From positions 2,016,001 through 2,080,000 of the forward strand of contig CP147779.1 of assembly GCA_037308085.1 (NCBI GenBank): 64,000 nt of DNA. Direction: 5' to 3'. The stretch's first letter is position 1; each line of letters starts with the position of its first letter. The notes under the pieces were generated by a model, which had not been told where the DNA came from, did not search any database, and was given only the letters and a program-made list of their open reading frames with translations. The DNA comes from Promethearchaeati archaeon SRVP18_Atabeyarchaeia-1 (GTDB lineage: Archaea > Asgardarchaeota > Atabeyarchaeia > Atabeyarchaeales > Atabeyarchaeaceae). Shown here in pieces: positions 9,336-18,346 of this stretch. The translations under genes and the position numbers were made by a program.

Positions 9336-9752
9336 TCAGATGTAGCTGATCTGAGAGTACTTGCCGTTCACCTCATTTATCTCCCCTTCAAGCGCGTTGA
9401 GTTCTTCCTTTATCATGTCGAAGAGTTCCGGTGTGCTGCCGTTTATCTCCGTTTCACCGATCTTCTCTTCGATGATCTTGACGTACTTCTTGGCGAGCTG
9501 CTTGGCCACAGCCACGTTGACTCTCGAGATCGCGGCGAGCATGAGCCTTCGGCCCACCGCCAAGCTGATCTGGTTTCTGCCAGTGACCACCTGCTCAATC
9601 GACTCGCTTAGAACGCTCAATGTAAATGATCGGATGGCACTTAGGGCGGAGACCGCTAGCTCTGACTTGGCTCCGGGCGGTGCCCCGAAGAACCTGTCGG
9701 CAATCAGAAGACCCTCCTTTGTCCCCAGAATATAGCCGAAAATCATCGACAT
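9336..9752 (-). CDS. Small longin/roadblock-like domain protein
   Basis: Likely start MSMIFG (9752); pattern G.LI..R...L.VSALSAI.SF...VL...IE.V..G; homologous to 16819..17232. Confidence 0.6.
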   Translation of the reverse strand: MSMIFGYILGTKEGLLIADRFFGAPPGAKSELAVSALSAIRSFTLSVLSESIEQVVTGRNQISLAVGRRLMLAAISRVNVAVAKQLAKKYVKIIEEKIGETEINGSTPELFDMIKEELNALEGEINEVNGKYSQISYI

Positions 9753-9959
9753 CTCGAGAACACCACTTGAGGCGAACTCCCTCTCTCTTACCGAGTGAAG
9801 AGCTTCACTTGCCCCTAAAGCTTTTCTCCTCACGTCCTCCTTGGCGCCGCATTGAGAGAGTGATGCCATGATGAAGCGTATATGCAACAAGCTCTCACGA
9901 ACCCCGAGGTTTCTCTTGGGCATAAGAGAGATATATGCGGGAGGCGCGTAGTCAATTAC

Positions 9960-10811
9960 ATGTCGGTGAGACTGTCATTCGTCTTGAGGGGTAATTCAAG
10001 TATCCGCCAGCTAATGGATGTTTTTCGTGCCCAGTTCCACAAGGAAATACGGTTCAGGAAGGTCACCAAGTACGTCTTTGAGTCGGAGAAGACGTACCTG
10101 CTCATAGCGGAAAGAGAGAACTTCGCCGCCGCTGTCCTTCTTCAGCAAGACGGAGGCTCTTGGAGAGCACTGATTTCCCCGCAGCGCGTTTGGAACGAGG
10201 AAGTGTCTTTCTATCGGGGTGAAGAGTCTATCTTGGCCGAGCTCAAGACCTTCTTCACCCAGAAGTGTGCAGACATGATAACCGTAGTGAGCGCATGGAC
10301 GAGCAGCGATGAGAAGGAAGAACCACGTCAATCTGAGGATGACGATGTTACCCCCCTCTACTCGGAAATCAGCGAAGAGGGCACCATGACACGCTGCCCA
10401 AAGTGTGGAGCCGCGGAGATCATATTTCCCAACCAACGTAAGTGCTCGAAGTGCGGCACCGAGATAGTGAGAAAAGGCAGCTACCCAGAACCAGATGAGG
10501 CGGAGGAAGAAGCTGGCCCGCCTCCCACGGTTGTCCAATCTAAAGGCGCGGAGGTTGGCAAGTGCATGGTCTGTGGCATGGGCATCCATCAAGGCGAACC
10601 CCTCGCGTGTTGCCCGAGCTGCGGAGGCAGGGCGCACCGCGTACACCTGCTGGAGTTCGTTCACGTGAAGGGGGAATGCCCTTCCTGCCACAATCACATA
10701 GTAGAGGAAGACATAGCAGAACGAGTTTCGCATCAAGAAGTCGCAGGGAGCGCGTCTAACCGGAGAACACGCGTGAAAGCTGGATTCCCCAAGAAAAGCG
10801 GCGCCGAATAG
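9960..10811 (+). CDS. Unknown N-terminal domain + zinc ribbon + RING-like finger protein (paralog of 64..840)
   Basis: CPKCG..CSKCG; CMVC-x12-CPSC-x4-HRVH-x10-CPSC; ATG 9960 follows a TATA-like ATATAT. Confidence 0.8.
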   Translation: MSVRLSFVLRGNSSIRQLMDVFRAQFHKEIRFRKVTKYVFESEKTYLLIAERENFAAAVLLQQDGGSWRALISPQRVWNEEVSFYRGEESILAELKTFFTQKCADMITVVSAWTSSDEKEEPRQSEDDDVTPLYSEISEEGTMTRCPKCGAAEIIFPNQRKCSKCGTEIVRKGSYPEPDEAEEEAGPPPTVVQSKGAEVGKCMVCGMGIHQGEPLACCPSCGGRAHRVHLLEFVHVKGECPSCHNHIVEEDIAERVSHQEVAGSASNRRTRVKAGFPKKSGAE

Positions 10812-10879
10812 GGGGGATCCGTCAACAATAGGGGGCCCGCTCTACTTCAAGTAGGGCAGCTTGCCGGAATAGGGGATGT

Positions 10880-12190
10880 CTACTCATAGTCTTGCTCATT
10901 AAGGGCCCTTCCACATGCTGGACAGGTCTTGTTGCTGCGAATCCAATCTATGAGGTGCTGTCTATGCGCTAGTTTTCCGCAGTGGGGGCACCACACCACG
11001 TCGTCCCGCTGCCCGAGCTCGCCGCCACAGACCGTGCAGGCCTCTGTCACCTCTGCCTTGAGAGACGTGCTCCTCTTGATCTTTACCTGAAGGCTTTTCG
11101 CGGGAGCGGCCACCACCCTCGGCTCTGAGGGAATCTTCGCGCCGCAGTACGGGCAGAACTCGGGGCTTGGTGTCTTGAGGGTGGCGCCGCAACTGGGACA
11201 TCGGGCTGCTGGTCTCTGCCCAGTCTCTGTGGGTTTTTCCCTTGACCCCACGCGTTGACTCTGAAGTGGCTTCTGCGGAATACTCACCAGAAAACCGCTG
11301 CGCTTCTCCAGCTGCTGGGGAGGGAGAACCTTGTCGCCTACTGGGCTATCAACAACCCTTATGGTTGCAGTTGCTGCAACGTCTTCCCCCATAGATATAT
11401 CCAAGTTCGCCGTGAGGATGCACCTGAGGTTGAAGAGAGTTCTCTCGAAAGTCAATGGGGCGTCTTTGGGTATTGGAATACTGAAGGAGTTCTCGCCCTT
11501 GAGCACCCTGCTCCCCAAGGGTATTACGACGTCCTGTTCCACCAGATCAGTTTTGCCTTCATGGCCTTCGGCAACCGCGTTCTCAACCCATTTCAGCGAT
11601 ATGTCGATCTTTCTCAGGCTCTTCGTGCCCGGGTTCCTGAAGGCGCAACTGCCGCCGAGAACACTCCCTCTCTCGCATTCGAGCCCGCCCAGGCGGAGGC
11701 GGAGACCGGCGCTCGACTCTTCGCTCCAGAGGTCCGAGCTTACTTCAACTGGCCCAGAGGCCAGTGCTGGCTCCTGAAGGCTTGAGACTACGGTAATCTC
11801 GAATAGGTCCCTGATGTCGAATGCATTGGGGATATCGATCTTCGCGGCTATCCCATAGGTGATCTTAGCTTTAGTCCCTTCGTAGGTCCCCGGAAGCGTT
11901 TCGGGGAGTACGAACCTAAAGGGAATGGTGTAGTCCCCGGGCTCCAGCTTTCCTTTCCCGTTCACCGGCAGAGGCAACATGGACTCTTGGTGCAGAAACT
12001 CGGACTCCTCTCTCGCCTTAGCCCTGTTCTTTCCTGCCTGGTATTCCACCTCTGTTCTCTCCTTGCCTATCAGTGCCAGCATAGAACTTCTTTGAGAGGT
12101 AGACTTGTTCAGCGATACGTGCAGGAAGCCGCTTACCTCGTCACCAGGAACGTAGATTACCTTCTGAAGATCTATCCCCATTTCACTCAT
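10880..12190 (-). CDS. Arrestin(N+C)-zinc ribbon-RING-like fusion protein
   Basis: PGDYTIPFRFVLPETLPGTY..KITY.I.AKID; CPSCG..CPYCG; CTVC-x12-CPHC-x4-HRQH-LIDW..CPAC. Confidence 0.85.
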   Translation of the reverse strand: MSEMGIDLQKVIYVPGDEVSGFLHVSLNKSTSQRSSMLALIGKERTEVEYQAGKNRAKAREESEFLHQESMLPLPVNGKGKLEPGDYTIPFRFVLPETLPGTYEGTKAKITYGIAAKIDIPNAFDIRDLFEITVVSSLQEPALASGPVEVSSDLWSEESSAGLRLRLGGLECERGSVLGGSCAFRNPGTKSLRKIDISLKWVENAVAEGHEGKTDLVEQDVVIPLGSRVLKGENSFSIPIPKDAPLTFERTLFNLRCILTANLDISMGEDVAATATIRVVDSPVGDKVLPPQQLEKRSGFLVSIPQKPLQSQRVGSREKPTETGQRPAARCPSCGATLKTPSPEFCPYCGAKIPSEPRVVAAPAKSLQVKIKRSTSLKAEVTEACTVCGGELGQRDDVVWCPHCGKLAHRQHLIDWIRSNKTCPACGRALNEQDYE

Positions 12191-12384
12191 GGAGTTATCC
12201 CCCTGCCTCTTCAATATGTGTGGATTCGTCCCGCTTGGTTGAAAGCGCGCCAGAGCTTATGCGTCTCAAATCTAGTAGCCATCACACATATATATCCCGG
12301 TTCGGTTCAACCCCCACGGCGTCGGGGCTCGCCAAGGATCAGGTGCGCACATGGTGGAAAGCTCGGTTCTCGCCGATTAGCCTC

Positions 12385-13779
12385 CTACCTGTAGTCCGCC
12401 TCCTCCAAGCTCTTCCCGCAGGCGGGGCAGCTCTTACTGCCAGCGATCCACTCAAGGAGATGCCCTCTATGCGCGAGTCTGCCGCAGTGGGGGCACCAAA
12501 CAACATCATCGCCCTGGCCGAGCTGACCGCCGCAGACTGTGCAGGCTTCTAACCCCTGCGCCTTGGGGGGAGCGGTTCTCCTAACTCTCACCTCTGTGGC
12601 CTCCGCCACAGCAGGCGCTTCCCTCGGTCCTGCCAGGAGCCTCGCACCACAGTACGGGCAGTAGCTGGCGTTGGGTGTCCTCAGGTTGGCGCCACAGTCG
12701 GGGCACTGCACCACTGGTCCTGGCACAGTCCCAGGTAGACTCACCGGGCGACCTGCATATGTATTTTGATATGCCTTCTCGGAGGGCTTCTCCGAGGCAC
12801 CGTAACTCTCAGCCGGGGAGTAAGGCATGGCTTTCCCACGCTCCACGTACCCGAAGATCCTGATGGGCTGATCCGCCGCCACGTCCGACGCCCAGGCCAC
12901 GTCGAGGTCTGTTCTCAGAACACACGTTACGCTTGCGAGGGGCGACTCGAAGGTTAGCGGAGCATCCTGGGGTATCGGGATACTGAAGGGGCTCTCACCT
13001 TTCGGCAGCTTGCCTCCAAGGGGCACCTCAGCAGCCTGCTTCATTACGTCGGTTGTCACAGTATGGCCTTGGGCATTCGCTGTCTCAACCCACCTCATTT
13101 CCACCCCGATCTTCCTCAGGCTCTTGGAGTCAGGATTCCTGAAGGCGCACCTCCCACTCAAGACTTCCCCCTGCCCATATTCACAGCGATCCAGCCTGAA
13201 GCTGATGCCGGGGCTCTCCGGGCTTCCCCAGTTGGCTGAGCAGGCATCGACCGGCCTAGGCGCGGAGACCTGGGCCCCTGTGAGAACATCAAACTCACAC
13301 GACTCGTTAACGTCAGACCCCATGGGCACATCGATCTTCGCGGTGATCACATACGTGATTCTCGCGTGGTTGCCCCTATACGTTGCCGGCAGACCTTGCG
13401 AAAGCGTGAATCTGAAGGGGAACTTGTAGGTCCCAGATAGGGCGCGCCCCTTCTCGTCAGGAGGCAGAGGCAAAGGGCTATCTTGGCGCAGGAACTCGGA
13501 CTCTTCAACCGCAGTTCGATGCTCCATCGTCGAGCCTCCTCCAAAGGTTGAGCGCCCCCCAAAGGTTGAACGCGCACCGAATCCCCGATGCCCCGTGACG
13601 TGTACCGTGGTGGTGTAACTGACCTCGGTCCTCACCTTCCCCAGCAATTGCAGCAAGGCGCTTTTAAATGAGACTGGTTTATCCAACGAAACGAGTACGT
13701 TGCCGCTTACCTCTTCACCAGGGAGGTAAGCCTTCTTCGGAAGATCTATCCTCATATCCCCCATACGCTGACCATCCAT
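12385..13779 (-). CDS. Arrestin(N+C)-zinc ribbon-RING-like fusion protein
   Basis: Same architecture; GTYKFPFRFTLSQGLPATY; HRGHLLEW..CPAC. Confidence 0.85.
   Translation of the reverse strand: MDGQRMGDMRIDLPKKAYLPGEEVSGNVLVSLDKPVSFKSALLQLLGKVRTEVSYTTTVHVTGHRGFGARSTFGGRSTFGGGSTMEHRTAVEESEFLRQDSPLPLPPDEKGRALSGTYKFPFRFTLSQGLPATYRGNHARITYVITAKIDVPMGSDVNESCEFDVLTGAQVSAPRPVDACSANWGSPESPGISFRLDRCEYGQGEVLSGRCAFRNPDSKSLRKIGVEMRWVETANAQGHTVTTDVMKQAAEVPLGGKLPKGESPFSIPIPQDAPLTFESPLASVTCVLRTDLDVAWASDVAADQPIRIFGYVERGKAMPYSPAESYGASEKPSEKAYQNTYAGRPVSLPGTVPGPVVQCPDCGANLRTPNASYCPYCGARLLAGPREAPAVAEATEVRVRRTAPPKAQGLEACTVCGGQLGQGDDVVWCPHCGRLAHRGHLLEWIAGSKSCPACGKSLEEADYR
13541..13582 (-). repeat. In-frame 18-bp tandem repeat (FGARST-FGGRST-FGGGST)
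   Basis: CCAAAGGTTGA recurs at an 18-nt period on the + strand. Confidence 0.8.
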
Positions 13780-14212
13780 GGCTCCTCACATTGAAGAGGT
13801 ATCCGATCTAACAAGTGGTACGGAAGCCCCTCGGTGAGCTACCAACGCCTTGAAGGGTGTTGGCTTCCTGGTTCATGGACCGAGCTCGCCTTAGCGCGTG
13901 GGGCACCGCTGAGGTTCCCCGGGTGCGCCAGGGTAGGGGCTTCGATCTCCGCAGGCGTAGATTCGGCACGCACCGTGCCTACCGCCCAGACAGATGCATC
14001 TTCCTCTATTTAAATCCGCCATCCATCCCGCACCCTTTAGGGCATGGGCTTTCTGACCCGCGTCGGCAATAAATCCTTTTGCGCCCTAACTACTATCCCG
14101 GCTCCCAGGGGGAACAGTGGCTGGGCCGGGAAGAACATAGGCGTACTACGGGACGGCGCGGCGCGCGAAGTGCGTGTGCGCCGAGAAGCACGGGTTGTGG
14201 CACCGCAGAGCC

Positions 14213-15514
14213 CTATCTGTAATCCTCCTCGTTGAGGCTCTTTCCGCAGGCAGGGCAGCTCCTGTTCCTGGCAATCCACTGCAGAAGGTGCTCCCTATGT
14301 GCCAGTTTACCGCAGTGGCGGCACCAGACTACGTCGTCGCGCTGGCCGAGTCCATAGCCGCAGACGGTGCAGATCTCCATCCCCACCACCTCTGAATCTT
14401 CGCTTTTCTCGGTGTTGACCTGCACGCCTCTTGCCATAGGAGTGACCTCTCTCGACTCTCCCCGGATTCTCGTGCCACAGTGTGTGCAGTAGTTGGCGTC
14501 CCTAGCTCTGAGAGAATTGCCACAGCTAGGGCACCTTGTGGCGGACATCCGCCCAGCCTCTGCGAGGTACTCGCCGCGATCTGATAAGTCAGACTCATCT
14601 GGTTTCTCCAGAATACCCTTTGCCGTAGCCTTCTCCCCGAATCTTGGATATGAGACTGCGCCTTCCCCGTATCCCTGGCTCGCGATGATTATTGTCTTTT
14701 GTGCTTCAACGTCGCTTCCCAGAGCGACGTCCAGTTTCGCGGCGAGGACGCATCTCACGCTTGATAGGGGCGATTTATAGGTCAGCGGGGCATCCTGGGG
14801 TATCGGGATGCTGAAGGGGCTCTCACCTTTCAAGAGCCTGCCTCGGAGCGGTACGTGAATGATCTCCTCCGCCACCTCAGCCCTTGCCTTGTGGTCCCCG
14901 GCCTTTGCTGCTTCGATCCATTTCAAGGTAAAGTCAAACTTCCTCAGGTTCTTGGAGCCTGGGTTCCTGAAGGCGCACCTCCCGCTCAGGACTTCCCCCC
15001 GCCCATATTCACAGCGATCCAGCCTGAAGTTGATCCCAGGGCTCTTGGGATCGTCCCAGGAGTCTGAGCAGGCGTTGGTCGGTTCGGACCGGAAAACCGG
15101 GAACCCCGAGGTAACCCCGAACTCACGCGAGTCTCCAATGTCGAACCCTAGAGGAACATCGATCTTGGCTGTTATCGTATACAGGATCTCGACATTCCTC
15201 CCCTTGTACGTTCCTGGGAGCCCTTCCGGGATCATGAATCTGAAGGGGATGTCATAGTCTCCTGCTCTGAACCTCCCTCCCTCGTCAGTTGGCAGAGCTA
15301 CCGGAAGTTCTCGGTAGAGGAACTCCCGCTCTTCGACCGCTGTGGCGGTGCTTTCCCCTGCTGAGTAAGTGACACTCGTTCTTTCCTTCCCCATCATGCA
15401 TATCGTGGCACTCCTGCTGGAAACTGGTTTATCTAGGAAAAGGTGCACGAAGCCGCCCACATCTTCCCCTGGATAGTGAAGTGACTTCTGAATATCTATC
15501 TGTGCTCTGCGCAC
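14213..15514 (-). CDS. Arrestin(N+C)-zinc ribbon-RING-like fusion protein
   Basis: GDYDIPFRFMIPEGLPGTY; CPSCG..CTHCG; HREHLLQW..CPAC. Confidence 0.85.
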   Translation of the reverse strand: MRRAQIDIQKSLHYPGEDVGGFVHLFLDKPVSSRSATICMMGKERTSVTYSAGESTATAVEEREFLYRELPVALPTDEGGRFRAGDYDIPFRFMIPEGLPGTYKGRNVEILYTITAKIDVPLGFDIGDSREFGVTSGFPVFRSEPTNACSDSWDDPKSPGINFRLDRCEYGRGEVLSGRCAFRNPGSKNLRKFDFTLKWIEAAKAGDHKARAEVAEEIIHVPLRGRLLKGESPFSIPIPQDAPLTYKSPLSSVRCVLAAKLDVALGSDVEAQKTIIIASQGYGEGAVSYPRFGEKATAKGILEKPDESDLSDRGEYLAEAGRMSATRCPSCGNSLRARDANYCTHCGTRIRGESREVTPMARGVQVNTEKSEDSEVVGMEICTVCGYGLGQRDDVVWCRHCGKLAHREHLLQWIARNRSCPACGKSLNEEDYR

Positions 15515-15892
15515 GGTTCTGCGCCTCCTGCCCGTCGCCTCATGTCATGTATCTAGCGATCTTGAGCATTTATCTGCTCCCCCTTAGGGTCAGCTCGGTT
15601 CTTTCATGGGCCGGACCTCATCAGCCGCAATAGGGAGCCAAGGCTAGCGCATAGTGCGCAATGATTACGAGGGCATGGCCTTCACCCGCAAGCCAAGGCT
15701 GGTTGTCAACTTGGATACGATCAGGCGAAGTGATAAGCCATTACTATCTCCACGGAAAAGTGAGGGCGCAAGCAGGCGGCTCTCGTGAGAGAGCGGGCGG
15801 GAGTCCGATGGTGTCGGATGACGACACGACTTAAATATGACCGTACGTAAAGGTTAAGATGGAGAGCCGCGGGCAACCTGGCTGGTTGCGCC

Positions 15893-16681
15893 GTGAGGAG
15901 GGGATCCGCGTTGGAAAGGAGTGCTCTGCCTTCAATCCTTGAACGATTAATGTTTGTTGTAGCGCTTGTTTTGCTTGCCATCGCGATTGCCTTGCCCTTC
16001 TATCAGGTATACATTCCTCCTTGGGGTGGACTCGGAGGGGGGGTGCGCAGAGATGTCTTTGGCTACGAGGAGCCGATACTTCTATTCTCATATTCTGCCT
16101 TCGGGCTATTTGCACTCCTATATATCGAGAAGATTCTTCTTGCAAAGAGGAAAACCGCATATGACTTCAATGCTCCACTTGCGTACGCCACGCTGCTCTT
16201 GGGGTTGCCCGCCCTTATCATGCTCGCGCTGACCCACCCAGAATACGTCGGCGGCGGAATGCGTATCCCAGAGTCAAGCGGCGTTCTCTTTATGATCCTT
16301 ATGCCAGGGGGCTACGTGTACCTTGCGGGCTGCGCCTTGCTCATCGCAAGCCGGATCGTTCCCCTCATGGTGCCAAAGAAGAGCGCCCCTGCTTCAGAGA
16401 GAATCGCTGGTTGGCTCAAGAGAAACCGGGTAGGCGCCTCCACCACGGCGCTCCTTTTGACCGCCATATCATCTATTCTGCTAACGTATATTGGCTCGGG
16501 GACGGTAGATTCAGTTACTGACTATGGTTTTGGTATTACCACCCTCTTCCTATTCGACGTATCGAGGCGTTTTATATACTTGGCGCAGTATGGAGATCTG
16601 TTTCTCCTCTTGGTCATCCTAGCAGCAATTGCGGTGAATATAGTGCTCTACTCTCGCTACAGGGTTCGGCTCCGAAAGTAG
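15893..16681 (+). CDS. Hypothetical polytopic membrane protein (about 6 TM)
   Basis: Multiple hydrophobic segments; divergent from the arrestin array. Confidence 0.65.
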   Translation: MRRGSALERSALPSILERLMFVVALVLLAIAIALPFYQVYIPPWGGLGGGVRRDVFGYEEPILLFSYSAFGLFALLYIEKILLAKRKTAYDFNAPLAYATLLLGLPALIMLALTHPEYVGGGMRIPESSGVLFMILMPGGYVYLAGCALLIASRIVPLMVPKKSAPASERIAGWLKRNRVGASTTALLLTAISSILLTYIGSGTVDSVTDYGFGITTLFLFDVSRRFIYLAQYGDLFLLLVILAAIAVNIVLYSRYRVRLRK

Positions 16682-16818
16682 GTCGGGGGCTTCCCTCGGC
16701 AAGCCGCAATGCCGTCCACTTAGCTCTGCGCGGTGAGCGGAGAGGTGGTGAGATGGGCAACCCCAGCCCATAGGCTATTCAGGATTCATACTTCCTGAGG
16801 GTCAAAAGGCAAGCGCCC

Positions 16819-17232
16819 CTACCAGACCGCTTCCCGCATCTTCTGGTCCGAGTCCTTGAAGAAGCGGTCGTAGGCTGCATCCAGAGTCTGGGTGGCGTCC
16901 TTTAGAGTCTCCCAATTCTCGGAGTACTCTTGGGGTGGGAAGTTGCTGAAAAAGATGTTCTGCAGCTCCTCTAGTTCTTTCTTGACTACGCTCCCCTTTG
17001 CGTTGAGTTCTGTGCGGGTGATGAAGAGCAGCTTGTGGGCCGAAGCAACGAAGTACATTGAATTCCCTATGGAGACGGATTCCAGTTCACCTGACAGCGT
17101 CTTCTTCGCGAAGGAGTCCATAGCAGTCATAAACCCTGGGAGGAGGTGCTGCTCTGCCTGCTTCTCAGTGGACTTGGAGTATATGCTCGTGCCAGCATCC
17201 GTAACTACGTAGAAGTGGGTTATCATTGGCAT
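16819..17232 (-). CDS. Small longin/roadblock-like domain protein
   Basis: FYVV..AG.SIY.....LL.GFM.AM.SFA.....GELE.V.IG pattern, typical of Asgard longin-like proteins. Confidence 0.7.
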   Translation of the reverse strand: MPMITHFYVVTDAGTSIYSKSTEKQAEQHLLPGFMTAMDSFAKKTLSGELESVSIGNSMYFVASAHKLLFITRTELNAKGSVVKKELEELQNIFFSNFPPQEYSENWETLKDATQTLDAAYDRFFKDSDQKMREAVW

Positions 17233-17255
17233 AGCTCATTCTACCGCTATACAGA

Positions 17256-17987
17256 TTACTGCCTGAGGCGTCTCGGCAGAACGAATCCAATGTAGAGCAG
17301 AATCCCAGAGATTCCCGCCGCGATCCAGCCCGCGATGACCCAGTAAGTGTAGCCTTCCGGCTCGAAGAACGCTGTCCAGACGCTGTCCATGACGAACAGC
17401 AGGTAGGCTACGATTATGCTTAGGGCTGCCAAGCGGATGTAGGAGAATCCTCGCCTCGCAATCTGGTCGGTTGTTCCGTGAATTGCGCGCGTTGTCGCCA
17501 TGATAAGCGTGAGGTATAGCGCCAGGGCGAAGGTGAGGTGGACCAGAAGGAGAACTGTGAACGTGTCGAGGAGTGTTGAACCAGTAGCCATTGTTGGGCC
17601 GAGGATGGGCAACAGCACCGCGACCGCTCCTTCCACCACGCCGAAGATCTTCAGTCTTGCTCCTCCGGATTCTCTGCCCTTATAGAAGATCTCCAACATG
17701 AAGAGGTACAGGAAAATGTTGGCTATAGCCGACATTGAGAAGGCTAGGCTCAGGCCGACCCTCCGAATGCCGACTAGAGGATCCATGACTAGCATGTCCA
17801 GAAGCTGCATGCATGTGGTCAGACTCAGGAATAGCGAGGTGAGGGTGATGTAGCGTGTAGCAGGCTGCCTGCGCTCCCTGTACCGCCCGAAAAGCTTCAG
17901 TGTCAGAAACACGAGTATTGCCGTTATTATCACTTGGCTCAGGAAGACCATGAGCACTCGCTCGTTGAAGAAGACTACGCCCAGCAT
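17256..17987 (-). CDS. Seven-transmembrane protein
   Basis: Seven hydrophobic helices, basic loop after TM1, ends LLYIGFVLP; 23 nt upstream of the longin-like gene. Confidence 0.75.
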   Translation of the reverse strand: MLGVVFFNERVLMVFLSQVIITAILVFLTLKLFGRYRERRQPATRYITLTSLFLSLTTCMQLLDMLVMDPLVGIRRVGLSLAFSMSAIANIFLYLFMLEIFYKGRESGGARLKIFGVVEGAVAVLLPILGPTMATGSTLLDTFTVLLLVHLTFALALYLTLIMATTRAIHGTTDQIARRGFSYIRLAALSIIVAYLLFVMDSVWTAFFEPEGYTYWVIAGWIAAGISGILLYIGFVLPRRLRQ

Positions 17988-18346
17988 TGCCCAACACCTA
18001 TTCAACTAATCGGCTCCGAAACTAACAAGATTATCTCGTGAGGGATTTCTAATATACGTTTCGGGGAAGGTGCGAGGATCGCAAGAAGCGCCGAGCCTGC
18101 GCTCTCACCGACTGGGAACCGTGAAGCCGAAAAGCGTGACGGGCAAGACATTGAGAACTTACCTTTGAAAGCAGAGGCAATGGGCCCCGCCCCAGCTATC
18201 TATTTAAGCCTTCGACAAGCTATGTTCTGGAGGCAACTTCATCCACGAGCAGACTGCCAACCCCAAGCATCCCCTAGCCCTCAAGGGGCACAGAAGCAGT
18301 TCCCTCAGAAATATATATTTAACCTTAGATGGATGGAGGAGGTAGC

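Noticed and set aside
9753-9959. Overlapping N-terminal extensions of ORFs 9336..9923 and 9882..10811
   Set aside because: Better read as a divergent promoter region; downstream ATGs give compact domains
17256-17987. 7TM protein as a rhodopsin or true GPCR
   Set aside because: No retinal-binding Lys in helix 7 and no DRY/NPxxY motifs; only the topology is supported
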